64,000 bases of DNA from an uncultured Verrucomicrobiota bacterium (GCA_964385155.1 CAYLNG010000003.1:74784-138783), one strand, 5' to 3'. Shown: positions 8,902 to 17,864, counted from the stretch's first letter. A program made the numbers and translations. Notes: a model not told the origin generated them from the letters alone.

Positions 8902-10955
8902 CACCGTGTCCTCCTTTCAAACTTCACAAGGGGCACGATAACTTCTTCGATGGCTACACCGCCGTGACCTACGATGGCATCTCCCGGGTTCACGAATGCG
9001 TCGCGGCCACCGGCCACCAGGGGGAAATAATCTGCGGGCAACCCGACCGGCTGCCACTCGTGGGCAAACGGGAAGGCCCCAGCCACCTGAGCTCGGAGTT
9101 CCGGCGAGGGATAGACACGAACCCGCTCGCCGCGAGTTTCGGCAATAACACCTTCAGACGGGCGGCCTTTGCCTTCGCATTGGATGTTGCCGTGATCGGC
9201 CGTCAGCCAGACATCGTAGCCGTATTCCAGCAGTTGGCCGACCAGCGCAACCAGAAACCCACCCTCGCACCATTGCTTGATCTGGTTGTGCATCCCGGCC
9301 GAACCGAGTTGCATGCCGTGCATGATCTTGTCGACCTTGTCCACGACCAGCCCCACCACCTTGGTCTTCCCGGGGTGGATTGCGGAGTCGAGGACGCCCG
9401 CAGCATCGCCGTCGCCAAGACCTCGCTGGTAGGCGACATCCAGCCGGGACAGACCATGGCCTTCCCAGAACTGCTTCCAGAGTTTCTCTTCGCTGTTGGT
9501 CGAGTTAATGGATGACGGGAAATAGAGCGGCGGCTTACCGGAGAAGATCGACTGCCGCGATACCGAGGTCAGCGTCGGAATCCAGGCGAAGGTCGCGGAT
9601 TCGCGCATGACCAGATTGGCGTCCTGCTTTTGCAGAAGCTGGCGAATGGTTACCCACTGATCCAAGGCCAGGCCGTCAACCACAATCAACGCGGCACGGC
9701 TGCTACCGGAGTCCTCGATATCCCGAGCCAGGCGGCGCGGCACATGGTGGAGCATGGCAGGATTAGTCGGCGGCAAGTTGATCAGACTGGAGTAGTGGTC
9801 GGCCAGCCAAGCGGCAAAGGTCGCGTTCAGTGCATCGCCGATTTCCCTGAGCCGGGTCTGATACTCGGTGCTGTTGCCACAATGAACCAGCGAAGAAAGT
9901 TCGGCCCATTTCAACGCAAAGGCGGTCCAGTCCGAGTAACGCGCTTCCGCAGTGGGCAGTTCCTTCTCGACAAGGCCAAACAAGCGAGAGATCCGCAGCT
10001 CGTCATCGTCCACGCCGGAGGTGGCGATGCCGCTTCGGACCCAGGACCCGGCATCCACTTCAATGCCTTTGGCCTCGACAGGGGTGAGTTTCCCCTCCAG
10101 GAACAGGTTGTCGATGTAGACCTTGATGTCCTGATGGTCGAACGGCAGGCGATCAGGGCCGGGATAACGAAAGTGCGGGGTGCGAGGTCCGTAGTGCGTT
10201 TCGGGTTCGCGAACTGTGGGTTCCGCACAGCGCACTCCGCACTTCGCACTCAAGAAGAGCGGCCAGCGTTCCTGCAAAAAGGCGAAGAAGGCCTCATCGT
10301 CCGGAACGATCTCGGAAAGCGGCCAGGCTTTGAACCCATCATGCCCTTTGAGAACCTGGATAAGCCGCTCAGCCAGCATCAGCGGGATCTGTAGCTTCCC
10401 ATAGTGCAGGCGCAGCAATGCGCGAAGCAGCTCCACCTCGCCCCCAATTAGTTCCGCCGCAATGCCGAACACATGACGGAGAATGAAATCCTTGGTGGCG
10501 TTGTCGCCCATGCGATCCGGCGGCGACTTGCGCTGGGCCTCAAAAAGCGAATCCAGCAAGCTCCTGTCGAGCTTTTCAATGACCGGATAGCTCAGGTTGG
10601 GAAAGAGATCCCCCAAGTTGAATGAAAGCTTGCGGCCCGCCTGGAGTAGGTCGTAAGGCAAAGATTCCAGCTCCGCATCCTGCAAGCGGAGGACTACCAC
10701 CAGATCGGTGTGCTCACCCCGGTCCCAGATCGAACGGTACTTTGACTCATAGGCGTATCTGAATTCGACCGGATCACTGAACTCGATCAGGTCGAACCCG
10801 CGCCCGCGAAGCTCCAATGCCAGCTTCTCCTCGGTCAGCAGACAATCCGGGTCCGCGACCAGGGTCAGCTTGCTGACGTTGGGCACAAAGTCGTTCAGGA
10901 TGGCGTCTCGCCAGGAGGGAGAGTGCGAAGTGCGTTGTGCGGAGTGCGTTGTCAT
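8901..10955 (-). CDS. pglZ: BREX alkaline-phosphatase-superfamily protein PglZ
   Basis: 684 aa. C-terminal half has a PglZ-type pattern: AALIVVDGLALDQW, IPTLTSVSRQSIFSG, VDKIMHG, WLTADHGN. ATGA overlap with the upstream four-helix-bundle gene. Confidence 0.85.
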   Translation of the reverse strand: MTTHSAQRTSHSPSWRDAILNDFVPNVSKLTLVADPDCLLTEEKLALELRGRGFDLIEFSDPVEFRYAYESKYRSIWDRGEHTDLVVVLRLQDAELESLPYDLLQAGRKLSFNLGDLFPNLSYPVIEKLDRSLLDSLFEAQRKSPPDRMGDNATKDFILRHVFGIAAELIGGEVELLRALLRLHYGKLQIPLMLAERLIQVLKGHDGFKAWPLSEIVPDDEAFFAFLQERWPLFLSAKCGVRCAEPTVREPETHYGPRTPHFRYPGPDRLPFDHQDIKVYIDNLFLEGKLTPVEAKGIEVDAGSWVRSGIATSGVDDDELRISRLFGLVEKELPTAEARYSDWTAFALKWAELSSLVHCGNSTEYQTRLREIGDALNATFAAWLADHYSSLINLPPTNPAMLHHVPRRLARDIEDSGSSRAALIVVDGLALDQWVTIRQLLQKQDANLVMRESATFAWIPTLTSVSRQSIFSGKPPLYFPSSINSTNSEEKLWKQFWEGHGLSRLDVAYQRGLGDGDAAGVLDSAIHPGKTKVVGLVVDKVDKIMHGMQLGSAGMHNQIKQWCEGGFLVALVGQLLEYGYDVWLTADHGNIQCEGKGRPSEGVIAETRGERVRVYPSPELRAQVAGAFPFAHEWQPVGLPADYFPLVAGGRDAFVNPGDAIVGHGGVAIEEVIVPLVKFERRTR
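10223..10251 (-). repeat. CGCAC-rich motif, copy 1 (inside pglZ)
   Basis: ccgcacagcgcactccgcacttcgcactc. The 21-nt core cgcactccgcacttcgcactc (10231-10251) is identical to 11337-11357. The 29-nt version matches 11329-11357 with 2 mismatches. Confidence 0.9.
10921..10948 (+). repeat. CGCAC-rich motif, copy 2 (inverted orientation, first codons of pglZ)
   Basis: gagtgcgaagtgcgttgtgcggagtgcg contains the reverse complement of the core (gagtgcgaagtgcg + gcggagtgcg) with a 4-nt insertion. It lies 4 nt from the stop of the four-helix-bundle gene. Confidence 0.85.
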
Positions 10956-11326
10956 TCCCTTGTACTCCTATCCAATGACGAACGCAGGCCGCCTATTGCC
11001 CGGCTCAGGCCGATGCATTTCTCATAAATCTTTGAGCAATCGGAATCGGCAACATAGCCCAAGGACCTGGCCAATTGAATCTGGCTGCGGACTTCTGCGC
11101 ATGATCCTCGAGCAAAAGAAAGAAACTGCTTGAATTCTTGCCTGCTGTAGCGCTCGAAGCCTTCAGCAATGTTGGACATCACCGAAACGGATGCTCGCTG
11201 AATCTGATCCCGAAGCCCCCAATCTTTGGAAAACTCTCCATCCCTTGTCAGGTCATAAATTGCCACCGATAGGTCATGAGCCATTTGCCAGACCTGCAAG
11301 TCCTCGAATCGTTCGACCTTGCTCAT
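10952..11326 (-). CDS. Four-helix-bundle protein (23S rRNA intervening-sequence protein family)
   Basis: MSKVERFEDLQVWQMAHDLSVAIYDLT...DQIQRASVSVMSNIAEGFERYSRQEFKQFLSFARGSCAEVRSQIQLA is the characteristic signature of this family. ATGA overlaps at both ends (brxHII stop and pglZ start). Confidence 0.85.
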   Translation of the reverse strand: MSKVERFEDLQVWQMAHDLSVAIYDLTRDGEFSKDWGLRDQIQRASVSVMSNIAEGFERYSRQEFKQFLSFARGSCAEVRSQIQLARSLGYVADSDCSKIYEKCIGLSRAIGGLRSSLDRSTRE

Positions 11327-14232
11327 CACCGCACCTCGCACTCCGCACTTCGCACTCGCAACGCGAGCAGTGGACGGATTTCCGGTACGATCTGCCGCGC
11401 TGATTGCAGTTCATCCCTCCACTCCGCTTCCTCGGCATTACAGCGAGCCAGTCGGAATTGACGCACTTCGGGCAGCCCCACCCGTTCGATGGCCTTGCGC
11501 CGAGAGGCAAAGGCTGTTATGCCGCGTTCCTCTTCCCTGTTCACCGAAGAGAGGTGCGCGTGTTGCAATGTGTCGAACAGCTCCTGTCCGGCCTGTTCGG
11601 CAGCAATCTGCAACCGCTCATGGGCGATGATGGATTCGTCCTGGCCGAGGGTGGCCTGCACATGGGCTTCCGCTGTCTGCAGCGCATCCCAGATATGCCG
11701 GGCCGTGGGCAGAAACAGTTTGCCTTCCTCGCTCAGGAAAACACTGACATAGCCCCGCCGCACCATGGGAATGCGCAGGAGCTGTGTCTTCTGGTGCATC
11801 CCGGCCTGAAGGCGTATCTCAAAGAGCCCCCAGAGTCCGGAGATGCTGGCTGGCAATCCGCTCACGCTTACGCAAGGCAAAGGCTGGCCAGCCGCGATCT
11901 GCGGCAGGTTCAAGGCGAGCCCACGGACGCGGCTGTTTTCAAGATTGAGCAGGGTTGCGTCGGTTAGACGATCCGCTTCCCGAGCGCTGAATACGGCTTT
12001 GCGGTGTTCCTGGCCATCCGGCCAATTCAGATCCCACCAGGAGCGCTTGCGACTGGCCATACCGCCATGGGAGTTGAGGTAACCGACCGTCATCCGTTCC
12101 ACCCAGTGGGGCAGCGGATGCGAGCGCAGACGCTCAGCCGCCTGCACATCCGGCTCTTCGGAGATGCCATAGATGGCGGAGGCCTCGCGCACCTGCTGAA
12201 TTTCATCGCGAAGTCGAGCCACCGTGTGATCGACGGAGGTTTCGATACCGTCAGGATTGAGGATGGCGGAGGCGAACACATCCTCGAACAACTCACCGGC
12301 CTGGGCCGAGTCGAGCACGTCGCCGGTCTTGTCGATGCCGAACTCGTCGAAGATCACCGAGAGCTTCTGCTCCAGAACTTCGCGGACCCGGAACTCGACT
12401 GAATCCTCAAATACGAAATTGATCGCCTGTACGGTTTTGGGCTGCCCGATACGATCCACGCGGCCGATTCGCTGTTCCAGCCGCATCGGGTTCCAGGGGA
12501 TGTCGTAGTTGATGATGACATGGGCGAACTGCAGGTTCAGGCCCTCACCACCCGCGTCGGTGGAAACCAGCACACGGTGCGATTTGCGGAAGGCATCCTG
12601 GGCCTGCTTGCGTTCCTCCATATCCATGGAGCCGTTCAGGGTGACGACCGAGATGCCCCGGGCTTCCAGAAACTCCTTCAGCATCTGCTGGGTGGGTACG
12701 AACTCAGTGAAGATCAACACCTTCAGGTCCGGCTCGTTTTCCTCGGCCTGCAGCTCGTAGATCCACTCGATCAACGCCTCGGCCTTGGCGTCCGGTCCAG
12801 CTTGTTCGCAGCGAACCGCCGCATCGAGCAGAGCTTGAACCTCGGATTTTTCATTCTGGTGGGCGGCCCGCATCTCCGCCAAAGCCTCCAGCTGCTCCTG
12901 CCCATCCATGTCTTCCCATTCTTCAGAGGAGAACCACAGATTCACAGCGATAGACGCGGATTCAGAATCCCCCCCCCCCATCTGTGTTAATCTGTGTCCA
13001 TCTGTGGTTTCTTCCAAAACCGCGAGACGCCGTTCCAGCGTTGTGCGGATCGCCCGAGTGCTGGAGACCACCAGGCGCTGCATCAGGATCATCAGAAAAC
13101 CGATATGGCGCTTCTTCTCGCGCAGGGCCTGGTTGTAGCCCTCGCGCACATAGTCGGTCACCGCCTCGTAGAGAAGCTGCTGCAGGTGATGACGGTGGGT
13201 CCAGGCCACCGGGGCCATCTGCGTGCGCCGGGGTTTGAAGAGCGGCTTGCCGTCGGTATCGATGGCCTTGCGCTTTTCGGTGCGGATGACATACGGGGCC
13301 ACCCGCTCACGGGAGACGCTGTCCATATCCGGAAAGGCGTCATCATCCAGCAGGTTCATCAGGCGATGAAAGGCATCGGTCTTCCCCTGGTGGGGAGTCG
13401 CCGAAAGGAGCAGCACATAGGGCGCGGCTTCCGCCAGCCCCTTGCCGAGCTTGTAGCGGGCGACCTGATCGGTACTGCCACCCAGGCGGTGCGCTTCGTC
13501 CACCACTACCAGGTCCCAACCGGCAGTAATCAGATCCTCGAACCGGCTGCGGTTGTAGTCGGCAACGCGCTCGGCGGTCCAGCCGCGCCGCTTGTCCATG
13601 GGCTTGACCGAATCCAGGGAGACGATGACCTGATCGAACATCGACCAGGCTGAGTTCCGGTGGTCCGCCCCTGGTGCCAGGCGCTGCAAGGTGCCGATGT
13701 CGTCGCCCAGCACAAGCTGGAACTGCTCGTTGAAATGGGTCTGCATTTCCGCAACCCACTGAGTGGCGATGCCTTTGGGAGAGACGACCAGGATTCGCCG
13801 AACCAGCCCGCGCAGTTTGAGCTCACGCATGACCAGACCGGCCTCGATCGTCTTACCGAGACCCACCTCGTCGGCCAGCAGGTAGCGCACGCGGTCGCCG
13901 GAGATGGCCCGGGACAAGGCGTGGATCTGGTGCGGTAGCGGAATGACGTTGGACTCCATGGGAGCCAGCAGCACATGACCGTCGGTAGCGCTGGTGGAGC
14001 CTTCAAGCACCTCGGCCACCTTGGCTGCAGCGGCCACATAGGCAATGCGTCCGGCCTCGATCTCCGGCTGCAGGTCGGCACTCAGCGGCCGCAAAGCGGA
14101 GCGGGGCACGCGCACCACCGCGTCCTGGTTCGGCAACCAGACACGGCAAACCGTTTGCCCCCACAAGGTCTGTTCTTCGATGACCTTGCAGGCGCTGTTA
14201 TGAACGGTGCTGTATTGCCAAAGCGACTCCAT
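11326..14232 (-). CDS. brxHII: SNF2-family helicase, BrxHII-like
   Basis: 968 aa. Motifs: LLADEVGLGKT (motif I), VVVDEAHRLGG (DEAH box), LLLSATPHQG, STDAGGEGLNLQ and QRIGRVDRIGQ (motif VI). Its position between pglXI and pglZ matches type 3 BREX. Confidence 0.85.
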   Translation of the reverse strand: MESLWQYSTVHNSACKVIEEQTLWGQTVCRVWLPNQDAVVRVPRSALRPLSADLQPEIEAGRIAYVAAAAKVAEVLEGSTSATDGHVLLAPMESNVIPLPHQIHALSRAISGDRVRYLLADEVGLGKTIEAGLVMRELKLRGLVRRILVVSPKGIATQWVAEMQTHFNEQFQLVLGDDIGTLQRLAPGADHRNSAWSMFDQVIVSLDSVKPMDKRRGWTAERVADYNRSRFEDLITAGWDLVVVDEAHRLGGSTDQVARYKLGKGLAEAAPYVLLLSATPHQGKTDAFHRLMNLLDDDAFPDMDSVSRERVAPYVIRTEKRKAIDTDGKPLFKPRRTQMAPVAWTHRHHLQQLLYEAVTDYVREGYNQALREKKRHIGFLMILMQRLVVSSTRAIRTTLERRLAVLEETTDGHRLTQMGGGDSESASIAVNLWFSSEEWEDMDGQEQLEALAEMRAAHQNEKSEVQALLDAAVRCEQAGPDAKAEALIEWIYELQAEENEPDLKVLIFTEFVPTQQMLKEFLEARGISVVTLNGSMDMEERKQAQDAFRKSHRVLVSTDAGGEGLNLQFAHVIINYDIPWNPMRLEQRIGRVDRIGQPKTVQAINFVFEDSVEFRVREVLEQKLSVIFDEFGIDKTGDVLDSAQAGELFEDVFASAILNPDGIETSVDHTVARLRDEIQQVREASAIYGISEEPDVQAAERLRSHPLPHWVERMTVGYLNSHGGMASRKRSWWDLNWPDGQEHRKAVFSAREADRLTDATLLNLENSRVRGLALNLPQIAAGQPLPCVSVSGLPASISGLWGLFEIRLQAGMHQKTQLLRIPMVRRGYVSVFLSEEGKLFLPTARHIWDALQTAEAHVQATLGQDESIIAHERLQIAAEQAGQELFDTLQHAHLSSVNREEERGITAFASRRKAIERVGLPEVRQFRLARCNAEEAEWRDELQSARQIVPEIRPLLALRVRSAECEVR
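11329..11357 (-). repeat. CGCAC-rich motif, copy 3 (last codons of brxHII, just upstream of the four-helix-bundle start)
   Basis: ccgcacctcgcactccgcacttcgcactc encodes the helicase C-terminal SAECEVR. It is inverted relative to copy 2, so the pair brackets the four-helix-bundle ORF. Confidence 0.9.
12969..13009. repeat. Homopolymer C11 (G11 on the coding strand) followed by three 10-bp tandem repeats, inside brxHII
   Basis: C run at 12969-12979, then atctgtgtta / atctgtgtcc / atctgtggtt (12980-13009). A 10-bp inverted partner aaccacagat lies at 12932-12941. The region encodes ...TTDGHRLTQMGGGDSE... Confidence 0.9.
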
Positions 14233-14239
14233 CCGCTAA

Positions 14240-16864
14240 TTACCCTCTACCTTGATCTGTTGCCTGTTGAATCTGAATTGCAGGTGCAATTCGAGTTCGG
14301 ATTTCGTTGTAAACAGCGATGTCGACGCCCTCGGCTACCTCCAGCGACACGGCCAAACCATACGCGACAGGGCTCTGGAATATTCCAGCGTCCTCACGGC
14401 AGTTCACTTTGATTTCGATAACTTCCCCGTCGATGAACGGCACCGCCCTCTGGCCTTCGAAAACTTCGTGCTGGACTGTTCCGCGCCGCACTGCTCGCCA
14501 GCCGTCAGTCCCGCTGCAGCTTTCTTTTCTATCTTTGGCTGGCACAACTCCGCCTACCTCGAACCACAGGCTTGATGTTCTGTACTTTTGCGTTCCTGCA
14601 GAAATTGGTGAAAGCCATGCCATGGTTACGGTCAGGCGTCGCCATTCAGGCCGGGAGCCCAGAGAAGGCGGCAGCGGCAATCTGAAAACATGGGCTTCAC
14701 CATCCAAAAGTTGCCCAAAGCCCAACAAGGAGGCTCTCTGCTCCGTACAATCCAGAACGCGATCTACCTGTGGAACGCCATACCCCATCCATCTGCTAAC
14801 AAGTCCACTGATCTGTCGATTATTCTCTGGCGTGCGCAGAAGTTCGCCGATTTGAGTGCCAATATCTCCCCACGCGCATCCATGAACCAGCATGGCCTTC
14901 ACCAGGGGCGCTTCACATGCTCGCGCATCAACATCTGTAGCCTGCTCAGCGAATATTTGCTGAAGCGAGTCGTAACAAATACCAGCAGCACGACTCATCA
15001 ATGCAGCGGCATTGCTTGTTCCACAGGAATAGGCAATACCTTCGAGATTCCCAGATTGCCGGGCAGGAATAGCGGTTTTGTTTCCTGGCGGAGTATTACG
15101 AATTGATGGTTCGACCGGCTTTATGACGTAGTTATCCCGCCGTGAAGACCGGAGATCTTCCTGGTACAGGACCCTGCCTCCCGGGAAGACGATATCCGGC
15201 TTAATCGCCCTTCGATAACCACTACCGAACGCTGAAACCGGGCTCGGCAAGAACTGCAGAAACGGGTTGAATCTCTTATTGACCACCCCAAAGTGAGATG
15301 AATCGTATTGAACTGAACCAACCGTCAGCCCATTGATACTCTCGGCTGGAGAAAGAAGCTTGCGATTCCTGGCATCAGAAAATAGTGCTTTAACAACGGC
15401 TACTTCTTGTTCTTGTGGATCTGAGGATTCAAATTCGGTCCGCGAAATCCCGAGTTGTATAGCGTCTGACTGATTCCCGGCGCTTACAACAAAAAGCACA
15501 CCATAGGTGAGGCTGAGCCAATCCAGTAGCCTTGCTACAGGACTCATGGACTGCAGGAACTTTCTGTAGGGATCACCAATCGATAAATTGATCACCCTTA
15601 CAGAGGGGGCTACCGGACCTTCTGTACCATCACCTTCAAATAGCCTTTTCACAGATCGGTGAATCAGGTCCACTAGCAGGACGTCATCCGGAATGTGTTC
15701 ACGGCGAGGTGTCCGAAAATCATTTGGAATCGGCTGCATAATCGGGCGCACATACACTGGTCGCCCTAATGGCCGCAGCCCATCATTAAGGTCGCCGTGG
15801 ACGATCAGAGACGCCATTGATGTGCCATGCACGCGCTCATTGGCGTTATAGCTGTTTTCTACATCGTCTGGGTCGTCGACGATTAGTCTTCCATTCAGAA
15901 GTCGATGATTCGCCAATGGGAGCCCATCCAAGACCGCAATTACCGGCTCTCCATCCGGCAGCGAATGTTCTTCAAGGTCGGAATAGACTGCCTCGTCTTC
16001 GAGAAGGCCATCGCCAGCAAGCATCTGCCCGACAGGTCGAAAGAACATGACGCTGTCACATTTCACCAGCTCCGTATTCGGATTATCGACAACGGCCTGG
16101 ATGGCATTGGCTGGCAACTCGGCCAAAATGCCATGGTAGGCAATACCATCATGCAGTGACTCAGCCAAAACCTGCCCGCCAAGCTGCTGAATCAGGTTTG
16201 TAACGATTGCTGAGCCTTGCCGTCTCTTCTCTTCACTGTTTCGATACCATAGCTCGACTTCAAACCGGATAAGCCTGCCGCCGTCATGCTCCAGATCTTC
16301 TCGCCAGGCATCAATCACCCCGGTTTCCAGAAGCCTATCTTTGACGTCCCACCGGCGAATGTCCTTCAAGCACAGAAAGACATCACGAAACTTTGTGAGC
16401 CCGCCAGCGAATTTCTGTTTTGGGTCGTCCTGGTCCGTATAGCGACGCCACATGGAGAGCATCTCATCGAGAGCTCTCTGATTGGTCATAATCATATACA
16501 GGCGGCCACTCAGCGCTTTCTCCGGATGTTTTTCATCGAAGAATTCCTGATCAGGACCTATTTCATCAATCTCAAATTCGCCCATCCACTCAAAGCCATC
16601 GATACGCTTCACAGCATTGGCGAAATCTTCCACGCTCCCGATGGTTTCCATTACAAGTACCTGTTCAGGGTCTATGCCTGTCACAGCTTGCTGGAACTCG
16701 ATGTTTCGGGCGCGAACAGCTTCTTGTAGCTGAGTAAATTTTGGAGCCAGCCTTTCCCCTTGCCGAAAATGTGTTGGCAGATGCGGACGACCACCTCCGC
16801 CGCCAAGATTCGACTTGGAAGTAACTTCAGGCGTCGGGAAAAGGAGTAGTGGGCGTTCAGGCAT
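14240..16864 (-). CDS. S8 (subtilisin-like) serine peptidase with large N-terminal domain of unknown function; IetS-like
   Basis: 874 aa. Asp-His-Ser order typical of subtilases: PVIAVLDGLP (D), VHGTSMASLIVHGD (H), SAGNQSD, YSCGTSNAAALMSRAAG (S). About 300 aa at the N-terminus have no recognisable motif. 8-nt overlap with the upstream AAA+ gene. Confidence 0.85.
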   Translation of the reverse strand: MPERPLLLFPTPEVTSKSNLGGGGGRPHLPTHFRQGERLAPKFTQLQEAVRARNIEFQQAVTGIDPEQVLVMETIGSVEDFANAVKRIDGFEWMGEFEIDEIGPDQEFFDEKHPEKALSGRLYMIMTNQRALDEMLSMWRRYTDQDDPKQKFAGGLTKFRDVFLCLKDIRRWDVKDRLLETGVIDAWREDLEHDGGRLIRFEVELWYRNSEEKRRQGSAIVTNLIQQLGGQVLAESLHDGIAYHGILAELPANAIQAVVDNPNTELVKCDSVMFFRPVGQMLAGDGLLEDEAVYSDLEEHSLPDGEPVIAVLDGLPLANHRLLNGRLIVDDPDDVENSYNANERVHGTSMASLIVHGDLNDGLRPLGRPVYVRPIMQPIPNDFRTPRREHIPDDVLLVDLIHRSVKRLFEGDGTEGPVAPSVRVINLSIGDPYRKFLQSMSPVARLLDWLSLTYGVLFVVSAGNQSDAIQLGISRTEFESSDPQEQEVAVVKALFSDARNRKLLSPAESINGLTVGSVQYDSSHFGVVNKRFNPFLQFLPSPVSAFGSGYRRAIKPDIVFPGGRVLYQEDLRSSRRDNYVIKPVEPSIRNTPPGNKTAIPARQSGNLEGIAYSCGTSNAAALMSRAAGICYDSLQQIFAEQATDVDARACEAPLVKAMLVHGCAWGDIGTQIGELLRTPENNRQISGLVSRWMGYGVPQVDRVLDCTEQRASLLGFGQLLDGEAHVFRLPLPPSLGSRPEWRRLTVTMAWLSPISAGTQKYRTSSLWFEVGGVVPAKDRKESCSGTDGWRAVRRGTVQHEVFEGQRAVPFIDGEVIEIKVNCREDAGIFQSPVAYGLAVSLEVAEGVDIAVYNEIRTRIAPAIQIQQATDQGRG

Positions 16865-17864
16865 CCTTCACCTCCGGTTCGTCCTGTTGAGCCACGGTGA
16901 CTGATCGGGCGGACCAGCTCTGGAGGGTTTTGGACACGATATCCTTCATGTCTGCATTCGGTTGTTCGAGCACATACTGGCGGAACACAGTTGTGCCGAA
17001 CTCTTCGACTTCCGCGAAATTTGATCCCAGAAGGCGTTTTGCCAAAGTGCCAGGCGCGTATCCCAAAGAGATTTTGATCCGGCGTTCGAACTTTTCGAAC
17101 CACTCAGTCAGACGAGCCCGGGTCGGGCCAGGCAGCGTCATGCGCACCTGGAAGCGTCGCCATACCGCACGATCCAGCAGTTCGGCATGATTGGTTGCCC
17201 CGATGACCATGACATGGCTAGGCAGGTTGTCGATCTGCATCAACAGCGAACTCACCACGCGCTTGATCTCACCGGTCTCGTGCAGATCGCCGCGTTCCTT
17301 GCCGAGGGTTTCAAACTCGTCAAAAAAGAGGACACATTTCCGAGTAGACGCGTACTCGAACAGCTTTTTCAGTCGGACAGCGGTCTCGCCCAAGTAGGTG
17401 CCGACGACGCTCTCGTAGCGAACCACAAGCAGTGGGACCACCAGTGCTTCTGCAATGGCTTCGGCCAAGGATGTCTTGCCATTACCCGGCGGTCCGATGA
17501 GGAGCACGCGGTTGCGGGGCTCCAGGTTGTAAGACCTAAGCAGGTCGGTCCGATGTTGTTCCTGAATCAGACTCTGACAAATCTGCAGCACCTCATCCGG
17601 GAGGATGAGATCGGACAGCTTTCGCTGGGGCATAACCTCATGGAACAGGTTGCCCATGCGTTGATCCAGCATAGGACCACCGCCATTGGTAACTGGGCGT
17701 TCTACCGGCGCGGCGGTGAGTAACTCCTCGAGTTTCTCGGCCAGCACCTTGTGCTGCTTGGTTCGCTCCTCGGCGATGATCGCCTCGACGACCTTTCTAA
17801 AGCTGGCCTTGTCGCCCCGTATGCCGGATTGGACAAGGCGAATAAGTAAATCCGCTCTTGCCAT
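16857..17864 (-). CDS. AAA+ ATPase; IetA-like partner of the S8 peptidase
   Basis: 335 aa from ATG 17864. Motifs: LLIGPPGNGKTSLAEAIA (Walker A), CVLFFDEFETL (Walker B), VMVIGATNH (sensor 1), AVWRRF (Arg finger region). TAATG overlap with the pglXI stop. Confidence 0.85.
   Translation of the reverse strand: MARADLLIRLVQSGIRGDKASFRKVVEAIIAEERTKQHKVLAEKLEELLTAAPVERPVTNGGGPMLDQRMGNLFHEVMPQRKLSDLILPDEVLQICQSLIQEQHRTDLLRSYNLEPRNRVLLIGPPGNGKTSLAEAIAEALVVPLLVVRYESVVGTYLGETAVRLKKLFEYASTRKCVLFFDEFETLGKERGDLHETGEIKRVVSSLLMQIDNLPSHVMVIGATNHAELLDRAVWRRFQVRMTLPGPTRARLTEWFEKFERRIKISLGYAPGTLAKRLLGSNFAEVEEFGTTVFRQYVLEQPNADMKDIVSKTLQSWSARSVTVAQQDEPEVKDA

Noticed and set aside
10952-11326. Four-helix-bundle gene as evidence of an rRNA operon or a genuine rRNA intervening sequence.
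   Set aside because: No rRNA-like sequence flanks it. It is embedded by ATGA overlaps between two protein-coding BREX genes. Only the family name derives from rRNA IVS.
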